Shown one piece after another: positions 1-13,150 of a DNA stretch of 64,000 nt. Every line of letters begins with the position of its first letter. Position 1 is the stretch's first letter. Source of the stretch: Podarcis gaigeae (lineage: Eukaryota); the NCBI GenBank assembly GCA_964106915.2, contig OZ066919.1; one strand, 5' to 3'. The notes below the pieces were generated by a model. The model searched no databases, was not told where the DNA came from, and saw only the letters and a program-made list of their open reading frames with translations. Made by a program: the position numbers and the translations under genes.

Positions 1-1050
1 TCAAGCTGCTAACTAGGATTACCAGATCTTGAGTCTATGATTGTTCAGAACTGGAGTGGTTGGCCTGAAACTATCTCATTTTGCAAAGACGATTAAAGAT
101 GTACACACTTGGAAATGCCAGAAGAGAGACAGAGAAAGACTGATCAGTAGTAGCTGGTTTTCAAAATTTAACCTATGTTTTCAGTTTTGTCTCCTGGGTG
201 CCCATGAAAGTGCAGAGAGGCTGTTCTAGAGACACTGTTTGAAAATCTCCTTTCAAAAGCATTCGCGCTGCTTTTAGATCTGGAAGCACCAAGCAAAGAT
301 ATAAGTAGGGGATGTTTAACCATGCAAGCTCTAATGCTCTTTATTTCCCCTGCAATATCAGTTTAACTTTAAATGAACACATGCATATGTGCATGTAATA
401 TGCCTCATTTAAACCAAGGCTAAGCTTGTGCGCTTTTCATGATTTCTTTTTTAAACACAGGACAGAAAACGTATGTCTGAGAACATGGACCCCTGAAAAA
501 AAATGATGCAGGCTGTAATGGAAACTGACCTGACCTTGTGTGGCACCATTATGCACTGTAATAGTGCACAAAAATACGCCCCAGGCATACCCAGCCATCT
601 AAACCAGTGAGATCAAAAACATCCATGGGTGAACAATATTGTATTGTATCCCTGTAGTGGTTGAAGCACAGAAGTCTTTTCTGCTAACCTCTAAAAGATG
701 ACCCTGACGGTTTCCCTTAGTGACCAGACGCTCAAACAAGGCATTGACTGTTTACCACTCAGTTCTGTCTTTTCCTCACTGATTTCACAGCAACCTGATA
801 CAAGACTTTCTATGTCTCGGGCTACACAGAGCTGTGATGTCCTAGCATCACAGGTGATGGGAGGTGCAAAATGAGACTTAATTAGTTGGGGCTTTCCTGT
901 CGGGAGAATCCCTGGCGTGGTAACTTCCAAACTAATCTTTAGCAGAAGTTCAATACTAATTAAATAGAAATTTCTAACATCTCCTTAACAGGGTCCCGTC
1001 ATCTGAAACAAAACAAAAAAAATTGCTATATTCACAGTAGGCTTTCAAGT
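1..1050 (-). other. SRGAP2: SRGAP2 3'UTR (end not determined; candidate AATAAA at 340-345)
   Basis: Lies directly after the stop codon; no recognisable repeats; plus-strand tttatt at 340-345. May extend beyond the window. Confidence 0.7.
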
Positions 1051-1431
1051 TCAGACAGTACAGGACTTGTCAGTAGACTGTTGAGATGCTGAGGCAACCA
1101 CAGGGCTTGTGGTGTTTGTTTTGGGGAAAACCGCAGGCTTTGGCCTGGTTGCTGGAGGTTTGACCGGGGCGGCCATTTTGACGGACTTTGCTGGCCTGAA
1201 GGCGCAGGGAATGTCGCTTGCTGTGCTGGCACTCCGCTGGAAAGCTGGTTCAGAGTCTTTGAGGATCTGAGTATGCAATGGGCTGGAAGGCTCCGAGGTG
1301 GGGGCCACAACAGGGGAGGTTTTCAACGGCTCCAGGGTGTCCAGGACAACATCTGGCGCGTGCTTCACGCTGCTTTGCCTTTCCAGCTCCCGCAGCTCAT
1401 TCAGAGCAGAGTTCATAGTAGCTTCAATATC
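1051..1431 (-). CDS. SRGAP2: SRGAP2 terminal coding exon 22 (126 aa + TGA)
   Basis: DIEATMNSALNELRELERQSSVKHAPDVVLDTLEPLK...STDKSCTV*; the DKSCTV end marks SRGAP2 rather than SRGAP1/3; acceptor cttttgcag|GAT. Confidence 0.98.
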   Translation of the reverse strand, partial: DIEATMNSALNELRELERQSSVKHAPDVVLDTLEPLKTSPVVAPTSEPSSPLHTQILKDSEPAFQRSASTASDIPCAFRPAKSVKMAAPVKPPATRPKPAVFPKTNTTSPVVASASQQSTDKSCTV

Positions 1432-3469
1432 CTGCAAAAGAGAGACGTTGGAAGCAATTAAAGGAGCTAGAAAACAGCTCGACTAATTCTCTGTGGTGTC
1501 TCAAAAATATTAAGCAAAAGCAGACAGTGGCAGATGCTGCTCCTGTCGTAAGAGGAATAATATGGCATGGAAAATCTCTTCCTAGTGGCATGACCAGTCC
1601 CACTATCACCCTTCCCTGCAAGGTAATATGGACAGGGTGGGAAACTATGTGGCCAGAGGACCAGCCTGTTGCTAACTGTATGAGGCCAGGCATCCAACCA
1701 ACTAAAAAACTATTGTATTTAGAGTTGAAGACTTTAGCTAGATTATACATACAGCTTATACATATATAAGCTGCATGGGTGGACTGGAGCTATATCCTCC
1801 TTCCTTTCCGATCATCAATTCCCTTCTCTTTGAAACCTTAAGAACTAGAGCTCAGCAAACCAAGAGGCCTCTATGATCTTATTCTGAGCTTGGTGCCTTT
1901 TATCATTGGTAGGGATGTTGGCTTTATGTGTGGTACTCAAGACAAATTGCTGCGGAATTTCAGTCCAGAGTGCATTCCAGGTAATAACACTTTTCTTTAA
2001 ACCTTTTCCCTGGTCGGATGGCTGGTAGGAAATGACTGAAACACTGGTAGATAATAGCTTGGAAAGCAAGGAGATGGATAAGAGGAACAAGAATGATGCC
2101 TGAGAAAACAGACTCCTCAAAAAGTGTAGAAACCCATTTTGCTGCTAACTATGTGGCAAATGAGCAATATGCAACTCTAAATCTGGAACGTGACACATAT
2201 CAGCATTTCCTCACTGAAGCCACTTGCTATTCTAAAGTGTTTTTAAAAGATATATGAAAAAAGGTTGCTTATATGACACTTCATTCTTGCTTCACATGAA
2301 AGATGCAGGAAATAATGCAAAGGTCACAATTAGGAACAAGCATCAAGTCCTTTGTTTTTTTTAAGATCTTGGCTGGATCATGACCTAAGTTTGCTTAGAA
2401 GTTCAGCTGTAGATGTGGCCTTGACTGGTGCAATATGATTCTTGGAGAGCTCAAATGATTTAGCGTTTCCATGACTCACATCTTGGCTACAACATTTTCG
2501 TTTCCTCATAGGCATTTTAAGGCACACATGGAGGTAAATCAGTCAAGGAGGAGGACGAACCAAAGACGGTAACCAGATTCCTCCCATCACAGTCTGAAAA
2601 GATCTTAAAGCAAAACACAGATTTCAGAGATACTGGTGTCAAATGCAAGAGGTGTAGCTCACACTGTTTGAAATGACACCTGAGAGTACATGAAAGGGGA
2701 GCTCTAATTTAATGCAGCCCATTTTTCTTTTATTGAGTGTATTTCCCTATGGAAACAATAAATTACATAAGGGCAAAAAGAGGAGGGTGGATAAAAGCAG
2801 AATTTAACTGAAAGGCAAGAGAGGCTGCTATATGTCATTCAAAGCATTGCAAAAAGATATAACCCACATGCAGCCTTCTCATATAAACAAAAGGAGGAAA
2901 TGCACCATAAGGGGAAAGGACAGCTTTTCAGAAGAGGACCACAATATGTATTATAGACAAGGCAGAAACTGTAGAAGCTAGATCCTGTTCCCAGGGCTGG
3001 TTAGTATAGCCAAGATCCAGCCCTAATGGTGACCTCTATTTACAATCCAATCTGTGGTGTCCAAGAATCTGAAATGCCTTATGAAAAGTTCAGCATCAAC
3101 TCCAGCATGAATCATATGCTATTGAAACAGGTGAGATGAGAATGCATGATGGGCACAGGATTGCAGCCCAAATGGTAAATGACTTGGTGGTTGGTTCTGC
3201 TCTTATTGAGTGCCTTACAACAAATAACTGGACAGGAAAAGAAATCTGTCTCATGCCCCACACCCCAATGGGTGGCATGGAACAACAGATAAAGACAATG
3301 TGTGCCTGCTTATTTCCAAGACCAGATTTCTGGATGCTGTGATAATGGGCTTCAAGGAATTATCTATTAGTATTCGAAGGGACTTTATTCTCTGATGTTT
3401 TAATACAGTTTCTTTCTCTCCCTTTAGAATTAAGTGGTTATATAGTTCCCCCCCCCTTTAAAGTGAGTG

Positions 3470-3472
<3 letters not shown>

Positions 3473-3515
<43 letters not shown>
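3473..3515. repeat. (GT)n microsatellite
   Basis: Uninterrupted gt run. Confidence 0.95.
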
Positions 3516-3517
<2 letters not shown>

Positions 3518-5898
3518 CTATCTCTATCTCTATACACCTGCCCTAAGGCAGAATAAACAATGAAATAAAAGTAATTGCACACAACCAGGAGGTATAAAAG
3601 CCAAACATTCAAACAACAGCAGCATCGGATAGCCTAGTGAGTTCCTTCACCCCGTTTCTTTTCTTGGAATGCCCAACTTTGTAATATGAGATTCAAGTGC
3701 GTGTGAGCTTTTGACAGATTCATCACATAGTGAAAAGCAGAAGACCTGGCCAAGCATGTAAGTGCAGTACACCTACAGCTGGAGAGGAAACCAAGAACCA
3801 AAACCTTCTCTGAGCACACAGCATAGCACTGACAGACTTAGATGGATTGCCATTTCTGAAGAGTGGCAGAATACTTCAAGTCTCGAGCAGCTTTAAACAA
3901 ATGATTTCTAATATATTCTGCAACTGCAGACACATGATGAGATTTTTTTTTTTGTAGTGAACCAGTTTTGCACTGAAGAGAAACTCCCGCTCGGTTTTTA
4001 GAAGGTGAAAACACATTATGTGGCTATGGAGTAGTTAATTGAGAAAAAAAATTATGCAAGGCTTCCTTAGTGGTCCAAAAGAACACATTTTTGTGGGCTT
4101 GTGTTCCACTCTGGACCAATGTCGCACTATCAAGCTTCTTTGAAAACAGTGCTCATTTCAAAAATTAGAGGAGGAGGGGAATCACATGATGGCTTTACGC
4201 TAACATGGTCTAAAAGTCTCAGCGCCCACATCCAACCACAGCTGTGTACACACCAGTGAAACCATCCCCTATCACTGCCAACAGAAACAATCACTGCCAA
4301 CAGAAACGACGAGATGTGCTTTGTTTGAAGGTAGCTCCTTATCACTGACTGAAACTGAGAAGAAAGAGCAAAGCTACTACAAAAATTCCATGGAAACAGG
4401 ATAGATTGTTGTGTTCTTTTCATGATCCCTTAACCTCTAAGTGCAGTTAAACAAACTCACAGATCTGGGCTGTGGGTTCAAAACAGAGGCAACAAAAACT
4501 CAGTTTTTCAAAAATCCTGGGCTTTGAGATTCTAACACAGATTCCTGAAAGCATAGAATATTAACACTGCATATAGCTCTGTTTTCACCAAAGCCTTTGC
4601 CAACATTTATCCCAAATGATTTAGGGGAAACAGAGTTAGATGATGAGGATGATGACAATAAGTGGAAAGAGCATACAGTGAAGAAATAAAATGTGATTTT
4701 TAATTCAGATAAAAAACAGGACTGGGGAGAGTGGTTATGATGGTGTTATGGCCCTCATTCCCTGACTGTTAGTTTCAGCAAGGTCCAACATTATCAACTG
4801 TAGAAACAGAACAGTAGGAAAAAGGATATATAGTGTTAAAGCAGGTATGTTTCCATGCACTTTTCACCAAGGTGTATCCCTTGGGTGGCAAGAGATTTGA
4901 GTGTATTATACAAGATGATAAAACTCAATGGAACAGGTATACACCATATAAAAATGCAGGAGTTCTAGACAGTCTGTGGTCCCTTTCACATTTGTATCTC
5001 AAAGTCCTGGGTGAGCAGAAAAAGACACAGTTAAATGGCTTTCTGCTTACCTTAGAGGACTTCTGTTTCTCAAAGCACAGGAATCTAGCCAGATCCCTCT
5101 GTTCTACATTGCCTATGAAAACTGCTTATGTTTTCTAAAACCATAATCATGGGAGTTGTAGTCCAAACATCTGGAGGACACCAGATTGGGGAAGACTGTC
5201 TAAAACTAACAGGAAACATACTCTGCCGTTAGTATTTTGCTATGGGTTAAACTAAGAGCACTAAATTCCCATGGCTTTATCCATTTCTACGTTTTAGCAA
5301 TTTCCTCATGGACATGTGAAGAGCAGAAACTCAAAGTTTAAGTGAGTCACATGTGATCAAAATTTGGTCATGTAGCCAAGGTTCTCAATCAAATGCATCT
5401 TAACTGGGATGCTTTGATGCAGGTAGTTTCTAACCCTTATGAATCTTTGAAAATTGGTCTCAAGTTGATTAAACATAGGCGCTGTTCCATGCTTTTTTGA
5501 TTGACTAGGCATGCAGCAATCACAAACCGAGCTGATGTTTTAGAACTGAACAGAAATTTAAATGTTCGAATTTTAAAAATTCAGAGGTTACCTCAGAATT
5601 CAAAACTTGACTTGTTTTGATCACCTCTAAGGGGACGCTTCCTGATCTGAAGCAAATACTGAAGCAAAATATAAAATATTGATATCAAATAACACATGTT
5701 GCTAAATATACAACATTCACAGAACAGCTGGAACATATTTGAGTATTAGATGAATGTTTTAGTGAAAAGTCAACATCAAAATTCACAAAGGAGATTTTTT
5801 TTTTTAACAGAATGGGTAACATGGGCTGGAGATATTTGTTTACCACTGTATGCAAGTTAAGCCCCATCTTACCTCAACCTGGCCTAGCTTCTTATTAC

Positions 5899-6226
5899 CT
5901 GTGCAATGACTTCAGGGTCCATGGGCCGGTGGTTATTAAAGCTCTTTGACCTTCCAGTGGTCACATTTTTCCGGATGTGGGGGCTATCTATCCTGTTCTT
6001 CAGAGAGGCATGTCGGCTGAGCGAATTGAGGCTCCCATGGCCACTGATGGAAGATGCATCTGGTACCTCTTTCGGGAGACTTTGGCTCATAATGGGTTGT
6101 GAGGAGGGACGTGAACTGGCCACAGCTCCTGGTGGGACTGGTTCTCCCAGGGAGCTGGGCAGCCCGTGGCTGTCACTTTGACGGAAAGCTCTTCGTATGC
6201 TGCCAGACTCTGGTCTCTTTCTTTGC
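5899..6226 (-). CDS. SRGAP2: SRGAP2 coding exon 21, 328 nt, phase 2-0
   Basis: (K)QRKRPESGSIRRAFRQSDSHG...GRSKSFNNHRPMDPEVIAQ; acceptor gtgacag|, donor CAG|gtaata. Confidence 0.97.
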
Positions 6227-6395
6227 CTGTCACCATAAAAGAAGCAGGAGGTGGGGTGGGTGGGGATCACGTGTTATTGAAGTTGCATTTCAACACAGGA
6301 ATCCCAGAAAGGCAATGAAAGGATACTGAAATTGCAAAATAAACATTCTGAACTAAATCACCTTTTCCACTCTGCTTATAATAACAAGCCACCAT

Positions 6396-6616
6396 GAAGG
6401 TTAGCGCGTCAGAACAGAAACAGGAAGGACCCAGGTTCTACTCTCCACTTAGCCACAAATCTCACTGGGTGATTTGAAGCCAGCCAGCTTCCCTCAGCCC
6501 ACTTTATAGGGTTATTTACTTTATAGGGTTATTACAGGGGGAAAGCAGGGCAGGAATCAGGCACACTGCTTTGGGTTACTTGAAGGGAAGGTGGGCTAGA
6601 AATGTAAAATATAAAT
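6396..6616 (+). mobile_element. Old tRNA-derived CORE/MIR-like SINE, degenerate
   Basis: B-box-like acccaggttctactctcc, core ctcactgggtgatttg...ccctcagccc, and tail gaaggtgggctagaaatgtaaaatataaat. Confidence 0.5.
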
Positions 6617-6870
6617 GATTGATTGAAACAAACAGTTTCAACATTATTGGCAGCCAAATGGGAAGTGTTTCAGTACTGCGAAATGTTGGCCTACTGACCT
6701 GGATGTCAGAGCTGCAACTAGTAGTATACCCCCCGGTGCGACAAAACATTACATAAAACAATACAAATAAGCTAAACTAGTTCAACAGCTCAAAACTAAA
6801 CAAAAGGGAAAAACCAAAGCTCAACACATACATTAAAGAGTAGTAATACAAAACCGATATTAACTCTTAC

Positions 6871-7017
6871 TTATTGATATTTGCAAGATAAATGTCTGCA
6901 ACATGGCTCCCACTTGGGCAGTTGGAACCAGCTCTGGCAGTCACCTTTTCTTCCGGTGGCTCTGAATTTACTTCTATTTCAGATTTTGGGCTTGATCTTT
7001 CTGATACTCCATCCTCA
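6871..7017 (-). CDS. SRGAP2: SRGAP2 coding exon 20, 147 nt, phase 2-2
   Basis: (T)EDGVSERSSPKSEIEVNSEPPEEKVTARAGSNCPSGSHVADIYLANIN(K); acceptor ttctctag|, donor TAA|gtaaga. Confidence 0.97.
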
Positions 7018-7274
7018 CTAGAGAAGAAAAGAGCCACAACCACAAAACCTATGTTACATCCTCAAGGTAAGCCACAGTAGAAGTCGCAATAGCCGGAACA
7101 ATTTTATCATCAGGTTTTTTTAATGCTCTCAAATTACAAGATCTCATTTTAATGCTTTACTTAAAGGCTGGGTGGTGTTCTTGGATCCTGAGAGCAGTCA
7201 TAATGCAGCTGGTAAAACTAAGATGCTCTTTTCTTGGGGGGGGGGCGTGATGTTGACTATATGATCACATGAAG

Positions 7275-7825
7275 CAGCTGAGCATGTGTATAGGGCAGCA
7301 TTGAGGGATCTGGAAACCAACTATGAGGAATAGTTGGAAGACCTGGGCATGCCTAGCCTCAAAAAGGTTAAGGGGGGGGGGCGGACTTTGGTAATATGGT
7401 AATATGAGTGAAGATAAAATCCCCCCAATCCCTTTTGGTACAGTTGTTTTTTAGAAACTTTTTTACTTTTAATATTATGTTGCGCCCCCTTGGCTTAGCA
7501 CCCTGTGCGAGGGAACCACCCACACTGCCCTAAATCTGGTGCTGAAAGGAGGCATGATAGGCACCTTGTATTATCTGAAGGGCTGCTATGCAGCAGATGA
7601 AGCTGACCTATTCTCTGTTGCTCCCGAGGGCAGAATTAGAACGCATGGGTGGAAATGATAGGGAAGCAGATTTCGGTGACACTTCCTAACAGCTAGAGCT
7701 GTCTGATGGGAAGTGGTGTACCCTCCTTCCTTGGAGGTATTTAAACAGAGGCTGGATGCTAATCTGCCAGGAATGTTATGTTTGCGAAATCCTGTATTAA
7801 AGCATGGGGGTTGGACTAGATCAGC
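7275..7825 (+). mobile_element. CR1 LINE 3' fragment, interrupted at about 7372-7543 by an unrelated insertion
   Basis: CR1 ORF2-end sequence (ggatctggaaacc..tatgaggaa; ccttccttggaggtatttaaacagaggctggat) and 3'UTR gggggttggactagat. Confidence 0.8.
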
Positions 7826-8165
7826 GCTTTGCAAACTTTTGATGTCAGTGACGCACTTTTTAGACACACAAAATTTCATGACACAGTAATTCAGTTTGAC
7901 TAGCAAACTGGGGGTTAAACTAACCCTTTTCCAGTCCTGGGAGCAGCACGGGGAGTGTTCACACTACGCACTGCTACCAGTACGCACTAACACGTTGCGA
8001 CAAACAGTTTGGAAAGCTCCGGGCTAGATCCTTCCCAACTCTTTGTTCCTAATACTTTAAGGCGCAAATAGACATTACTAGACATCCTCTTCCTCAGAAG
8101 CAAAATTAAATCTGAGCCCTGTTTATCCAAGTACCATGCCCCAATGGTCTTAAGAGGTAACATAC

Positions 8166-8346
8166 GTGTCCTGGACAACGATGTATTGATGGGGGATCAG
8201 GCCATCAATTCCATTGTGACGGCCCTCCCACCAGTCGTCAGAGGCCCGGTGATAAAGCAGGAGGGAAGCCCCCTTTTTAAAAGAGAGCTCACGTGCTGTT
8301 CGGCCGCTGTAGTCAAATTTGGCTATTGCTTCAATAGGTTCACATT
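8166..8346 (-). CDS. SRGAP2: SRGAP2 coding exon 19, 181 nt, phase 1-2; SH3 domain
   Basis: (E)[59 protein letters not shown](T), with SH3 motifs AKFDY, ELSF, WW and GLIP..Y; acceptor cctgcag|, donor CAC|gtatgt. Confidence 0.98.
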
Positions 8347-8901
8347 CTGCAGGAAAAATAAACAACATTTCAATGAATTTGCATATCAGTATTTAAACCA
8401 TTCACCTTAAAAAGTAAAATAAAAGTGAGGAATTCAAATATCTATATATGTTGTCAGCTGAGATACTGGAGGTCAAATGCACCTGGCAAATGAGGCCAGG
8501 CCATTTAGAAGCACGTTATACACCCTCCAAAGCTTTAGAGGTCTACTGCTACCAGTGAAATGTTCACGGATGCTTATCTCTATGGTGAACTCAACATAAC
8601 TGTCCTGGCAGCTGAGGACAGGTGGGCTGGTCCACAGGATTTCCAGACACACAGTATTTTCTGTACTATGCAAAGAATTGCTCAGATGGGAGTAGTCAGG
8701 TCAGAAAATGGTAGAGCCTGTTGAGACCTTAATGGCTTCTTAGGATCTGGATCATGCTGGGCCTGAAAGTGGCAGTAGAACAACTTGCCAACTGCTGCAT
8801 GAGGGGAAGTTAAATGAGGCACAAGGGGTTCACAATCCACATGAAGCTAAGGTATGTACAGGCCTTTGGTCTGACTTGTCGTCAGGGTGGCATGAGATTG
8901 T

Positions 8902-8992
8902 GAGATGCTTTAGTTGAGATTCCTGTTTTGCAGAGGGTTGGACTAGATGGCCCTTGGGGTCCCTTCCAATTCTACAATTCTACAGTTCTATG
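8902..8992 (+). mobile_element. CR1 3' terminus
   Basis: gagattcctg..gggttggactagatggcccttggggtcccttccaattctacaattct: CR1 hairpin plus ATTCT-type terminal repeats. Confidence 0.8.
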
Positions 8993-9046
8993 CTTATTGA
9001 CAAAGTAAAGGCTCTAAGGGTTTCTTCACCTAGGTGTGCACGTAAG

Positions 9047-9048
<2 letters not shown>

Positions 9049-9088
<40 letters not shown>
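9049..9088. repeat. (CA)n microsatellite
   Basis: Uninterrupted ac run. Confidence 0.95.
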
Positions 9089-9089
<1 letters not shown>

Positions 9090-10632
9090 CCTCTTCAGTG
9101 GATACCTAAATATATGCAGTCTAAATAAACGTTGTGAAGAAGATGCTTGGAAACTGTATTGTAATAGGTACACCAGGGACCCAAGAATGCCTGCAGCTCC
9201 CTGCAGAGTATACAGTTAGTGGCAAAAACAGGTTTGTTTCTGCACAGTGGAATGGCCTGCTGGACATACTCCTCCACAGGGTGGAAGTTATTCCAAATTA
9301 TTATGTTCCCAAGCAATGAATCCCAATAAGGATCATGAGCAGAGTCTCCCTGCACTGAGGTCCCCCCCCCCCCGCCTTTGTAATCCAGTCCATGGTTCTC
9401 GTCTACACTCTAATTCTTTGGGGGGAATTCAACATCATGCTAAGTGGGTTGTTCCATTTGCACAAGCATTTTGGCTTCCCGAATGAAGTGATCCCACCTC
9501 TCCTAAACTTCCTGAGCCAATTTCAGGGGAAATACCGGGTACTCAGGGGGTGGGGAGGAAAGTCCTGTTGCATATGCAGAAGTCCATGTGGAAGGCATCT
9601 GCTGACAGGACTCATTAGTTGAATCCCACCCACTGTATTCTACCTCTGCCTCTCTTTCTTGACTGGTTATCCCACTTCTTTCTACCTTACCACCTCTGAT
9701 GACCTCTACAATTGACCTCTCAGTCTTGATCCTTGCTCTTTCCTCCCTTCCTAGTCTTGGCAAATTTTGCTTGGCTCAGATGAACACACTCATTCAAAAA
9801 GACATTTTTATTATTACTGAATTCACTCTCCATTTGGATAGCCTTTCTCCTTGGCTGATTTTCATTATGCAATAAGTCACTACCTAAAAGCCCAACAGCA
9901 TGAATCAGGCAAAAACTTAAGTTATGCCTCAGAAAAGTTGCTTGTTCGAAGAGGAAGCCCTTCTTTGGGGAAAGACAATTGTGATCTGGGTAGGCTCTCT
10001 CAGGAAGTACAGGGTGAATGTGTCTGAGACAAAGAGACTTCAGCACCGCTGCCTTTGGAGCCCCTCGAACCAAGAAACTGAGCTTTACCCCCAAGGCTGC
10101 AAAGTACAGAGACTGGCTGAAGGCCAAGCAAGCACATCTGTAAGACTGAAAATCCAGTAATGGATTTTCCAGAAAGAGAAAGAGTTATCTGAACTATGCA
10201 TTGCAAAGTAGTTTGTAGACAGAGAGCTCGAGTAATCAGCTCACACTAGTTAACAAGGTTTTACCTGGGTAACAAATCATGGTTGTTTTTAGCTGGGTTG
10301 GAGTGTTTTTTTAAATGAATACTCCTTGAATTGTGTGCTTCCCTGTTTTCCTCTTGCTTGTTTAGTTTCTGGCACCAACTAACACATTTCTTTTTTTTTT
10401 TTAAAAAAGGGCCTCCATTGTGCGTTTTATTACCAGCTAGGGAATTGTATATTTCAAATAGCAATTGTTTATTATACCAAAATCAGCAGGCCACTTAACT
10501 TCCAATATTCCCTTTTGGAATTTAGCCTTTAGCTTGGTGAGGGATAATGACCTCTAATGCCCAGCAGGCCTGCACTACAGCTGGGGGATAAAGATAAAAA
10601 ATAGCTACTGGTCCTCCTTTCAACCTTGAACC

Positions 10633-10897
10633 TGTTGTTGTTGTTTAGTCATTTAGTTGTGTCCGACTCTTCGTGATCCCATGGACCAGAGCATGCCAGG
10701 CACTCCTGTCTTCCACTGGCTCCCGCAGTTTGGTCAAACTCATTATTAGCTTCGAGAACACTGTCCAACCGTCTCATCCTCTGTTGCCCCCTTCTCCTTG
10801 TGCCCTCCATCTTTCCCAATATCAGGGTCTTTTCCAGGGAGTCTTCTCTTCCCATGAGGTGGCCAAAGTATTGGAGCCTCAGCTTCAGGATCTGTCC
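10633..10897 (-). mobile_element. BovB (RTE clade) LINE, 5'-truncated 3' end
   Basis: Translates REDSLEKTLILGKMEGTRRRGQQRMRRLD (BovB C-terminus), followed by GGTCCATGGGATCACGAAGAGTCGGACACAACT and a (CAA)n tail. Confidence 0.9.
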
Positions 10898-11608
10898 AAA
10901 AAGCCAGTGATCCTCCTCTCAACTTTGAACCTAGGCGTGGCCTATTAGTCTTTGTCCATTAATTATCATTCAATGGACCAGGAAAGGCTCCAACATTATT
11001 GCAATTCACACTTGACATAGCAAGAGACAATGGAATTGTCCATCTAATCCAATTCTCAGTCTTAAGGCACGACTGTTAAACCTATTAACATAAACTTCAT
11101 GATTACCTGATGATTACAGCTAGGATGGCTTACAGATTATAGTTAAGATGCTTTAACACAGAGTTAAGATGGTTTAATATCATAGGCAGGAAAACAGGAG
11201 TAAAAAAGAGCCCCATGCCAGAGGCCAACACAGCCTAATTACTAAAACTGTGCACTTGGATTTCCAGATAGTTCAAGTAAGCAAGTCATAGAGATGTTAA
11301 CAAGAGAAATTCAGAGACCACAGCCCTTCTCCTGTAGTACATCTCCATCTTGCTACCTTGACAACAGCTCACTGAAATCTTTGTGATCAGTGAAGTATTA
11401 AAACTGGCATACCAGATTTGTGGCTCTAGCTAAGAAACATGAGGAAATATCTTAAACCCACCTTGCCTTGCTGGTAATTTCTGTTTTGTCCAATAAGCCT
11501 ATATACACAGGGATGACACCCACCTGCCGAAACAGCTTTCCCATCTCATGCCAAGCTTGAAAGTAAATGGGCAGCCAGCTTTGAAACAGCTGTCAAACAA
11601 CTTCTTAC

Positions 11609-11688
11609 CATCATCGCTGGTATGGTGTTCAGTGACCATATCCTGAGCTGCATCTTCTGTGGAGGCTGTCTCTCCATGGGGGCTTTCA
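11609..11688 (-). CDS. SRGAP2: SRGAP2 coding exon 18, 80 nt, phase 2-1
   Basis: (C)ESPHGETASTEDAAQDMVTEHHTSDD(E); acceptor ttcttgcag|, donor ATG|gtaaga. Confidence 0.96.
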
Positions 11689-12120
11689 CTGCAAGAAGAA
11701 AGACAGAGAGGGCTACGTTGACGGGGCATGTTTTCCTGGTTTTTTTTCCAAAAAAGAAAAGAACTGGCTGGTAAATGGTATGTGGCACCAGGGGTATCCC
11801 AATGACACTTGAACTTTTGGGTGGAAGAGCAATGTACTTTACTTTATCACTTTATTCTACTTACTTTACTTGAAGAGCAATGTTTGATGGAGACATGCAA
11901 AGTATGTAGTTTGGAGAGTAGCAACCTTTTGAGGCTTGGGTGGCAATAGTAACTTCTCTCCTTAAGCTTAACTCTGCAGGGGGGGGGGGGGACAAAAGCT
12001 CCTACACCACACAGACGTGTCATAGATGGGGCTTTTGAAATAGGTCAGAAGATGGGAGGCACATGTCCTGGTCCTACATCCCGAAGAATATGTGGTGGTC
12101 CATCTACTCCAGCACAGGTC

Positions 12121-12297
12121 AACATGTGAAGTTGCCTTACGGTGAATCTGACTCTTGGTCCACCTAACCCAATATAGTTTACTCGGATTTGCAGCAGCTT
12201 TCCAGGGTCTCTGCTACCTGATCCTTTTACCTGAATATGCTGGTGATTAAACTTGGAATCGTCTGCATGTGCTGTACTACGGAGCTATGGGCCCTCC
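12121..12297 (-). mobile_element. tRNA-derived squamate SINE, degenerate (similar to 53133-53310)
   Basis: Minus-strand head ggagggcccatagctccgtagtac; tail ggtggaccaagagtcagattcaccgtaaggcaacttcacatgtt. Confidence 0.55.
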
Positions 12298-12589
12298 TAA
12301 CAGTTTAGCTGGTGCCATGAAATGCTTGAAAAACATGGGGCATGAGGTGTGTTGTGTGAGAGCTGGGAACAAAGGCTTGAAGGTCTATCAGCGGGTGCCA
12401 CATGAGGTGACGTTCACATTGCTAAGCTCTGAATGGGACCTGTCTAAGATGTAAATTCTTTGCAAGTTTTGTGACATGGTAGAAAAAGTTCTTAATTAAA
12501 TAACTAAAGTCCCCCTTGCCTGTCTCACAATGGCTTCTCTACAAACAATTTAAAATGATAGCTTTGACTCCTACACTGCTTGGGATCCC

Positions 12590-13150
12590 CATACCTAAAG
12601 GAATGCTCCTTACCATATGTACCTACCCAGGCCCTGAGGTCATCGGTGGAGTCCCTTCTTCAAGTTCCCTCTCAGAATGGAGGGTAATTCCAAGGGAGAT
12701 GGCCTTTTCAGTAGTGGCCTCCCCTTCGTGGAATGCTCTTGCTAGAAAAACTTATCTAAAGTTTTGTCTACTTTATAAGATCTTATTAATTAATTAATTT
12801 TGTATATGGCCTTCCGTCTGTAGATCTCAGGTCAATTCACAAAGGTTTGACATCAGGAAAAGACTTTTTTTTGTTCACTGGGGCTTTATTATTTATTATT
12901 GTTTTATTATAGTATTTGTCGAATGGTGGCATTATGTTCAGATTTTAGCTTTTGTAGCTGGGCTGTATTTTGTGGCTTTGTGTCTATCTTGGATTGTGTG
13001 ACTGGATTTAAACCAATGTGGGTCAGTTTTACTGATTTATGTCTTTATTGAGTGGTTTCTTTTACACCCCCCCAATTTTACTGTGTATGCCATCTAGATA
13101 GTATTTTTGTCAGGCAGTTCATAAACTGAACTGAACTGAACCAGCAAAAT
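12590..13150 (+). mobile_element. L2 LINE 3' remnant
   Basis: gggagatggccttttcagtagtggcctccccttcgtggaatgctct is the L2 ORF end (RAFSV..P.LWN.L), followed by a T-rich 3'UTR. Confidence 0.55.

Noticed and set aside
1032-1486. Overlapping alternative-frame and antisense ORFs over exon 22 (likewise 5906..6329 and 8144..8410)
   Set aside because: By-products of GC-rich coding exons.
4271-4307. Short tandem duplications (also about 20783-20824 and 58941-58969) as a possible CRISPR-like or structured array
   Set aside because: Only two units each with no spacer series; ordinary slippage duplications in eukaryotic DNA.
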